DNA of 24,000 nt, taken from the NCBI GenBank assembly GCA_049439405.1, contig JBMTKL010000001.1, forward strand, positions 14,426 through 38,425. Reading direction: 5' to 3'. This DNA is from Acholeplasmataceae bacterium. Its GTDB lineage: Bacteria > Bacillota_I > Bacilli_A > Acholeplasmatales > Acholeplasmataceae. The notes under the pieces were generated by a model, which had not been told where the DNA came from, made no database searches, and worked only from the letters and a program-made list of their open reading frames with translations. A program made the translations under genes and the position numbers. Positions 19,131 to 24,000 of the stretch are shown in pieces (the stretch's first letter is position 1; every line of letters begins with the position of its first letter).

Positions 19131-19290
19131 CAAAAAATCAGCAAAACGAACATAGGGACGATTGCTCGCGGTACCACCCTATTTCCAGCATTGCTGACAC
19201 TTCATTATTTATGTATTCATAGGTGATCCCGCAATAACTTATTGTGTCTGAACTTCCACCATCTTCAGATCGCTGTTTTTCAAAGTTACT
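19131..19290 (-). promoter_or_regulatory. T-box riboswitch leader of ileS
   Basis: The minus strand contains the T-box core AAATAGGGTGGTACCGCG (19167-19184). The antiterminator has helix ATAGGG/CCCTAT (19177-19182 / 19152-19157) and a UGGUACC bulge. A competing terminator AGCAAUCG...CGUUUUGCU plus GAUUUUUUG lies at about 19132-19166. Candidate Ile specifier AUC-A is at 19224-19227. Confidence 0.9.
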
Positions 19291-19316
19291 ACGTGCTATC
19301 CTAATCACGATACGAT

Positions 19317-19640
19317 TTAATTTAATTCTTGTAAAAATGTTTTCAATGAGCCATCTTCAAAGCTATCTTGATCACCAAACATCAGTATTTTTTCTTTGAT
19401 GATCACGACCTCACCATTTAAGGCATACGTGATACCAGATAAAAAAGCAATTGCTTTATTGATATCATCAATGTCCAACCCTTCAAAGTTAATGATGTAT
19501 GGGACATGTTGCTTCATTTGGTCTGCAATTTGAAGCAACCTTTCATCACTAGAATTGCCTAATTCTTCAAAGACAATTTGATCTGATGATATAGGTTGAT
19601 TGACTTTTTCTTCTTTTTTTTTCTTTCCAAATAATCCCAT
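19317..19640 (-). CDS. sepF: Cell division protein SepF (DUF552), short form
   Basis: The 107-aa protein starts MGLFGKKKK. Its core reads PYIINFEGLDIDDINKAIAFLSGITYALNGEVVIIKEKILMF. It holds the conserved position between yggS/ylmE and ileS. Confidence 0.8.
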   Translation of the reverse strand: MGLFGKKKKEEKVNQPISSDQIVFEELGNSSDERLLQIADQMKQHVPYIINFEGLDIDDINKAIAFLSGITYALNGEVVIIKEKILMFGDQDSFEDGSLKTFLQELN

Positions 19641-19641
19641 A

Positions 19642-20235
19642 TTAACCTTCTAAAAATTGATTAAAGTAACGTCCTAATCTGAGATGCGTTGTACCCTCTT
19701 CTATTGCAATGTCATAATCATCAGTCATACCCATCGATACGAATGGTAATGCTAACGTGTTTGATAGTTTTTTGATGGCTTTAAATGCGTTTCTTGTTTC
19801 AAGCAAATCATCAAGTTTTCCCATAGACATTAGACCTACTATATGTATTTTATCATATTTTTTAACGGCCTGATAAAAAGAAGTGACTTCATGTAAAGAA
19901 ATACCATACTTTTGTGGTTCTTGCGTTGCGTTCACTTGAATAAAGCATGGCAATGGCTTTTGACGATACTTTTGAATGTTTTCTGCAAGTTTAAGTGAAT
20001 CCAGTGTGTGTAAATAATCAATAATAGTAACAACATCTTTTGCTTTATTACGCTGTAGATGACCAATAAAATGCCATGTAATTGGTAATTCTTTAAGTGC
20101 ATGATACTTCTGAATAAGTGCATCTGTACGGTTTTCACCAAAGTCATGTATGCCTTTTTGATATAACTGTCTCACCTCATCAACACTGTAATATTTAGAT
20201 GCACAAATTGTTTTAACATGTGATGGTATCATCAT
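19642..20235 (-). CDS. yggS: YggS/YlmE-family pyridoxal-phosphate-binding protein
   Basis: The 197-aa protein has ICASKYY (PLP Lys context), FGENRTDAL, WHFIGHLQRNKAKDV, LSMGMTDDY and HLRLGR motifs. It overlaps the ychF stop by 4 nt. Confidence 0.85.
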   Translation of the reverse strand: MMIPSHVKTICASKYYSVDEVRQLYQKGIHDFGENRTDALIQKYHALKELPITWHFIGHLQRNKAKDVVTIIDYLHTLDSLKLAENIQKYRQKPLPCFIQVNATQEPQKYGISLHEVTSFYQAVKKYDKIHIVGLMSMGKLDDLLETRNAFKAIKKLSNTLALPFVSMGMTDDYDIAIEEGTTHLRLGRYFNQFLEG

Positions 20236-21329
20236 ACATTAAACCTAAAATGTACAATATCGCCATCTTGCATCTCATAACCCTTACCCTCTAATCGATA
20301 TCTTCCGGCTTCTCTTGCTTTTGCAGGTGTCACATATGTGATGAAATCTTCATATGATAATGTTTCACAGCGAATAAATCCTTTTTCAAAGTCAGTATGT
20401 ATAAGACCAGCACATTGTGGTGCTTTCATCCCACGTTTAAACGTCCATGCTCTTACTTCAGGTTCACCAGCAGTGAAAAATGTTTTTAAACCTAATAATT
20501 TATAACTTTCTTCAATGACTTGATCCAGTCCACTTTTTTCTAATCCATACACTTCTAGCATGTCTTGCTTTTCAGAGGGATCCAATACCGATAATTCAGC
20601 TTCTATTTGTGCTGATACTGTAATCATGTCGATACCTTTTTTATCTAAATAAGCTCTAAGTCGTTTTACATGTGGTTGATTTTCAGGGTCAAGTATGTCA
20701 TCTTCACTCACGTTCCCAATGACTATCATTTTCTTTAGCGTCAGTAATTGTAGTTGTTTCAAATACATAAAATCTGACGCTTCAAACAAATCGTAACTCA
20801 CTTTTAGATTGTCAGTTAAATGTTTTTTTAATGTTTCTAATATTGTTTTTTCATGCACAGCTTCTTTTGGTTGTTGTTTAAGTTTTTTATCCATCTTACT
20901 TAATCGTTTTTCAATCGTTTCCAAATCAGCAAGTCTTAATTCAATATCAATGGTTTCAAAATCTCTAACAGGATCGACTGAACCATCGACATGCGTGACA
21001 TCTTTTAAATCAAAGCATCTCACAACATGGCAGACTGCATCAACTTCTCTAATATGTGATAAGAATTGATTTCCTAATCCCTCACCTTTTGATGCACCTT
21101 TCACAAGACCAGCGATGTCAGTAAATTGATAAGCTGTGTGTATAACTTTCTTTGGTTTATATACTTCTGCAAGCGCATCTAAACGCATATCAGGTACTGA
21201 AACAATGCCGACATTAGGTTCAATGGTTGCAAATGGGTAATTAGCCGCAAGTGCGCCTGCTTTTGTTAATGCGTTAAATAATGTTGATTTTCCTACATTT
21301 GGTAATCCAATAATTCCAGCTTCTAACAT
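20232..21329 (-). CDS. ychF: Ribosome-binding/redox-regulated ATPase YchF
   Basis: The 365-aa protein reads GIIGLPNVGKSTLFNALT...NYPFATIEPNVG...FTDIAGLVKGASKGEGLGNQFLSHIREVDA, and has a C-terminal TGS-like end ...DGDIVHFRFNV. Confidence 0.93.
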   Translation of the reverse strand: MLEAGIIGLPNVGKSTLFNALTKAGALAANYPFATIEPNVGIVSVPDMRLDALAEVYKPKKVIHTAYQFTDIAGLVKGASKGEGLGNQFLSHIREVDAVCHVVRCFDLKDVTHVDGSVDPVRDFETIDIELRLADLETIEKRLSKMDKKLKQQPKEAVHEKTILETLKKHLTDNLKVSYDLFEASDFMYLKQLQLLTLKKMIVIGNVSEDDILDPENQPHVKRLRAYLDKKGIDMITVSAQIEAELSVLDPSEKQDMLEVYGLEKSGLDQVIEESYKLLGLKTFFTAGEPEVRAWTFKRGMKAPQCAGLIHTDFEKGFIRCETLSYEDFITYVTPAKAREAGRYRLEGKGYEMQDGDIVHFRFNV

Positions 21330-21337
21330 AATACTCC

Positions 21338-21364
21338 TTTAAAAAAAGGCTTACGCCTTTTTTA
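21338..21364 (-). terminator. Hairpin/terminator between ftsZ and ychF
   Basis: The minus strand reads AAAAAAGGC-GTAA-GCCTTTTTTT. It overlaps the ftsZ stop codon and is followed directly by the ychF RBS AAAGGAG. Confidence 0.65.
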
Positions 21365-22486
21365 TAATGATCCCTTCTTTTGTAACCAAGAAGGAATTTT
21401 TGGTTTTTTAGGTGATGACTCGTCATCATCTTTAACTTCTTCTAATCCACTTTCAGTCATTTTGAGTTGTTCATTAGACGTATTATTGAAAATTTCGGAC
21501 GCAAGATTTTCAATGGTTGTGTCTTTTGCTTTAAGTTCATAACCCGTAGCAATCACAGTCACCACCATTTCGTCATTCATTTCTAAACTGACAGCTGCAC
21601 CGTAAATGATATTAAGATCTTTATCTGTTGCATTTCTTATTTCTTCTAATGCTTGTTGTGTTTCAAATAATGTAATATTCGTTCCAGAAGTGATATTGAC
21701 AATGGCATCCGTTGCACCATCAATAGAAACTTCTAATAGTTTAGAGTGAATGGCTTTTCTTGCTGCTTCGATCGCACGGTTCTCTCCTTGTGCAATCCCT
21801 ACACCCATCAGTGCAGTCCCTTTATTTTCCATGACAGTTCTTACGTCAGCGAAGTCAACATTAATAATTCCAGGAACAGTAATAATTTCTGTGACTCCTT
21901 GAACACCTTGTCTTAAAATATTATCGGATTCTCTAAATGCATCTAGTAATTGTGTAGTCGGTCCTGATACTTCTAATAAGCGTTCATTTGGAATGACAAT
22001 TAAAGTATCTACATGAGGTTTGAGCGCTTCTAGACCTGATATAGCTTCTTGCATACGCAAAGGCCCTTCAAAAATGAAAGGTTTTGTAACAATACCAATC
22101 GTTAATGCACCGGACTCTTTCGCTTTTTTTGCAATAATTGGCGCTGCACCAGTACCAGTACCGCCACCCATTCCACAAGTAATGAAAACCATATCAGCAT
22201 CTTTCATCAAGGATTCAATTTCACTAATCGATTCGAGTGCCGCTTTTTTACCAATATCTGGTTTTGCACCAGCCCCTAAACCACGTAATAAATTCTTACC
22301 AATTTGAATACGATGTTCAGCTTTTGAGCGCTTTAACACTTGTGCGTCGGTATTAATTGCTATAAAATCAACACCTGTCACGTCATTTTCAATCATCCTA
22401 TTAACGGCATTACCACCACCGCCACCTACACCAATGACTTTAATAACTGGTTTTTGATTAAATTGATCATTCTCGCCAAATACCAT
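21362..22486 (-). CDS. ftsZ: Cell division protein FtsZ
   Basis: The 374-aa protein reads [17 protein letters not shown]...AINTDAQVL...[11 protein letters not shown]...[15 protein letters not shown]. It has an acidic/basic C-terminal peptide. Confidence 0.95.
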   Translation of the reverse strand: MVFGENDQFNQKPVIKVIGVGGGGGNAVNRMIENDVTGVDFIAINTDAQVLKRSKAEHRIQIGKNLLRGLGAGAKPDIGKKAALESISEIESLMKDADMVFITCGMGGGTGTGAAPIIAKKAKESGALTIGIVTKPFIFEGPLRMQEAISGLEALKPHVDTLIVIPNERLLEVSGPTTQLLDAFRESDNILRQGVQGVTEIITVPGIINVDFADVRTVMENKGTALMGVGIAQGENRAIEAARKAIHSKLLEVSIDGATDAIVNITSGTNITLFETQQALEEIRNATDKDLNIIYGAAVSLEMNDEMVVTVIATGYELKAKDTTIENLASEIFNNTSNEQLKMTESGLEEVKDDDESSPKKPKIPSWLQKKGSL

Positions 22487-22511
22487 GGGAAAACCCCCTT
22501 TACCTTAATAT

Positions 22512-22520
22512 ATTGTATCA
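22512..22520 (-). promoter_or_regulatory. Candidate extended -10 promoter element for ftsZ
   Basis: The minus strand reads TGATACAAT about 25 nt upstream of the AAAGGGGG RBS of ftsZ. This is sequence match only. Confidence 0.4.
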
Positions 22521-22541
22521 CTAATTGATTGTTTTATAAAG

Positions 22542-23651
22542 TTAAACAAAATAATTTGTTGATGCTTTCATTTCTAAATAATAATCATATAATCGATCTT
22601 CTTGAATTGCTTGACGAATCTCTTTCATTAAATGCTTTAGATAGGCCAAATTCTGAATACTTATGAGGCGTGCAACTAACATTTCTTGGGCTTTATATAA
22701 ATGTCTTAAATAAGATTTTGTATATGATGATGCTAAGGTATTTAAAGAAGCATCAATAGGCGTTAAATCATTTTTATATCGTTCAGACTTTAAAATGACT
22801 TTTCCTGATGTGGTGAGCGCAGTCCCATGTCTTGCAAGTCTTGTCGGCAACACACAATCAAACATATCAATTCCGTTCATCACATTCATGATAAGATCTT
22901 CTGGTGCACCAACACCCATTAAATAACGTGGTTTATCTTTTGGTAAAACATCTTTGAGAAGCTTTGTAATTTTATACATTTCTTCTTTTGTTTCACCAAC
23001 AGAAAGACCACCAATAGAATATCCATCAAAACCAATCTCTATTGTTTTTTGTGCACTATAAAGTCTTAAAGCTTCATCAAGTCCACCTTGAACTATTCCA
23101 AATAAAGCTTGATTAGTCGTTTTATAATCTTTTCCTCGCTTCGCCCACCTTAGCGTTCTTTCTACAGAATTTTTTAAATAATCCAGACTCTCATATGGTG
23201 GTGGACACTCATCAAAGCTCATAATAATATCTGCACCTATGGTTTGTTGAACATCAATGGATGTTTCTGGACTCATGAAAAGTGGTGCACCACTTTTATG
23301 ATGTTTGAAATGAACGCCTTCTTCAGTGATTTTTCGCATGTCAGAAAGCGAAAACACTTGATAACCACCACTATCTGTAAGAAGTGCTCCATCCCAATTC
23401 ATCATTTTTTTTACATTGCCATGTAACTTGACAACGTCCATACCAGGTTGAATCCACAAATGATAGGTGTTTGATAAAATTAGTCCTTCGCTCACGTCTT
23501 TAATTTCCTCAGGGGTAAGACTTTTTACTGTGGCTTGTGTGCCAACTGGCATAAAAATAGGTGTTTCAAAAACACCTGATGGTGTATGTAGTTTTCCGTA
23601 TCTCGCACCAGTTTGTTTACAAATATGTAAAAGTTCAAAATGTATAGCCAT
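22542..23651 (-). CDS. tgt: Queuine/preQ1 tRNA-ribosyltransferase (tRNA-guanine transglycosylase)
   Basis: The 369-aa protein reads GARYGKLHTPSGVFETPIFMPVGTQATVK...LTDSGGYQVFSL...FGIVQGG...DGYSIGGLSVGE...YLMGVG...DMFDCVLPTR. Confidence 0.95.
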   Translation of the reverse strand: MAIHFELLHICKQTGARYGKLHTPSGVFETPIFMPVGTQATVKSLTPEEIKDVSEGLILSNTYHLWIQPGMDVVKLHGNVKKMMNWDGALLTDSGGYQVFSLSDMRKITEEGVHFKHHKSGAPLFMSPETSIDVQQTIGADIIMSFDECPPPYESLDYLKNSVERTLRWAKRGKDYKTTNQALFGIVQGGLDEALRLYSAQKTIEIGFDGYSIGGLSVGETKEEMYKITKLLKDVLPKDKPRYLMGVGAPEDLIMNVMNGIDMFDCVLPTRLARHGTALTTSGKVILKSERYKNDLTPIDASLNTLASSYTKSYLRHLYKAQEMLVARLISIQNLAYLKHLMKEIRQAIQEDRLYDYYLEMKASTNYFV

Positions 23652-23663
23652 AATTCCTCTTTA

Positions 23664-23672
23664 TGTTATAAT
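23664..23672 (+). promoter_or_regulatory. Extended -10 promoter element (TGTTATAAT) for the preQ1 riboswitch-queT transcript
   Basis: TG at 23664-23665 and TATAAT at 23667-23672, with the riboswitch P1 starting about 6 nt downstream. Confidence 0.5.
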
Positions 23673-23677
23673 GTGCT

Positions 23678-23718
23678 TGGCTGTATCCTAGTTACCAGCC
23701 ATAAAATAAAAACAGGGG
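23678..23718 (+). promoter_or_regulatory. preQ1-I riboswitch, probably translational (SD-sequestering)
   Basis: P1 is TGGCTG (23678-23683) paired with CAGCCA (23696-23701). The loop TATCCTAGTTAC and the A-rich tail TAAAATAAAAACAGGGG follow. By eye it closely resembles the B. subtilis queC aptamer as I recall it (AGAGGUUCUAGCUACACCCUCUAUAAAAAACUAAGG). The loop CCU can pair with AGG in the tail, which overlaps the GGGG SD 6 nt before the ATG. Confidence 0.75.
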
Positions 23719-23724
23719 TGTTTT

Positions 23725-24000
23725 ATGAATTTAAGATTTTACGTTAACAATGCGATGATCGCAACGCTTTATGTCATATTAGTATATGTTTTTGCTTTTA
23801 TGAGTTTCGAAGCTATTCAATTCAGACTAGCTGAAGCTTTGTTGATTGTTTTTTTATTTAATAAAAGAACAATCTCAGGGTTACTCATTGGAACGTTTAT
23901 CGCGAATTATTTACTGTCTCCAATTGGATTAGTTGATGCATTTGTTGGTACTTCAGCAACATTAATTGCATTATTACTGATGCAATTAGTACAATCATTT
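23725..24000 (+). CDS. queT: QueT-family queuosine-precursor transporter (COG4708), 3'-partial at the right window edge
   Basis: My own translation gives MNLRFYVNNAMIATLYVILVYVFAFMSFEAIQFRLAEALLIVFLFNKRTISGLLIGTFIANYLLSPIGLVDAFVGTSATLIALLLMQLVQSF. It is hydrophobic, has the IQFR(I/L)xEAL signature of QueT, and follows a preQ1 riboswitch. It is not in the ORF track because no stop lies within the window. Confidence 0.8.
   Translation, partial: MNLRFYVNNAMIATLYVILVYVFAFMSFEAIQFRLAEALLIVFLFNKRTISGLLIGTFIANYLLSPIGLVDAFVGTSATLIALLLMQLVQSF

Noticed and set aside
19112-19177. 22-codon N-terminal extension of the ileS ORF (MVPRAIVPMFVLLIFCILKEKI)
   Set aside because: The extension covers the T-box terminator and U-tract. 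The internal ATG at 19111 has a proper AAGGAGA RBS and begins the conserved MNYKDTLNLP N-terminus.
4622-23691. Antisense or shadow ORFs of 60-97 aa inside larger genes: 4622-4846, 5867-6160, 7104-7379, 13339-13566, 14108-14326, 16639-16851, 19932-20147, 20809-21069, 22020-22307, 22340-22528, 23244-23426 and 23467-23691
   Set aside because: Each is fully contained opposite, or out of frame with, a confidently identified conserved gene. They have low-complexity or odd composition and no RBS.
1-24000. Possibility of Mollicutes genetic code 4 (TGA = Trp), given the AT-richness and gene content
   Set aside because: The long conserved genes are intact under the standard code. TGA serves as the stop at 3562-3564 and 16406-16408. 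The conserved Trp positions I checked in the ORF translations are TGG.
1-24000. Search for CRISPR arrays, transposase/integrase genes, tRNA/rRNA genes, toxin-antitoxin pairs or defence-island signatures
   Set aside because: No spaced direct repeats, recombinase-like ORFs or structured RNA genes are evident. Intergenic regions are short and are explained by promoters, terminators and three riboswitches.

Overview
This is an AT-rich, gene-dense chromosomal window from a low-GC Gram-positive-type bacterium, possibly Bacillota or an Acholeplasma/Erysipelotrichia-like lineage; the taxon is a guess. It uses the standard genetic code: TGA ends the ORFs at 3562-3564 and 16406-16408, and Trp is TGG. 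Almost everything is recognisable housekeeping. Reading left to right: rnj (partial, runs off the left edge, absent from the ORF track), recU, a TPP-riboswitch-controlled ThiT-like transporter, and a three-gene operon (unknown 126 aa, NfeD, SPFH/stomatin). Next come pdp, a frameshifted histidine phosphatase, and the minus-strand run pepV-thyA-folA-plsC. After these are a short tail-less SSB and a long minus-strand run of T-box leader, ileS, surE, unknown 288 aa, deoC, deoD and an M16 peptidase pair. The right end holds a rearranged division-cluster tail (tgt-ftsZ-ychF-yggS-sepF) and a preQ1-I riboswitch in front of queT (partial, runs off the right edge, absent from the ORF track). Three cis-regulatory RNAs (TPP, Ile T-box, preQ1-I) are directly readable in the sequence. 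I see no CRISPR array, transposase, integrase, rRNA/tRNA or obvious defence island. The best candidates for undescribed biology are modest. One is the 126-aa protein translationally coupled to NfeD-stomatin. The other is the orphan 288-aa protein embedded among nucleoside-salvage genes. All protein calls come from reading motifs and remembered family signatures by eye, not from searches.
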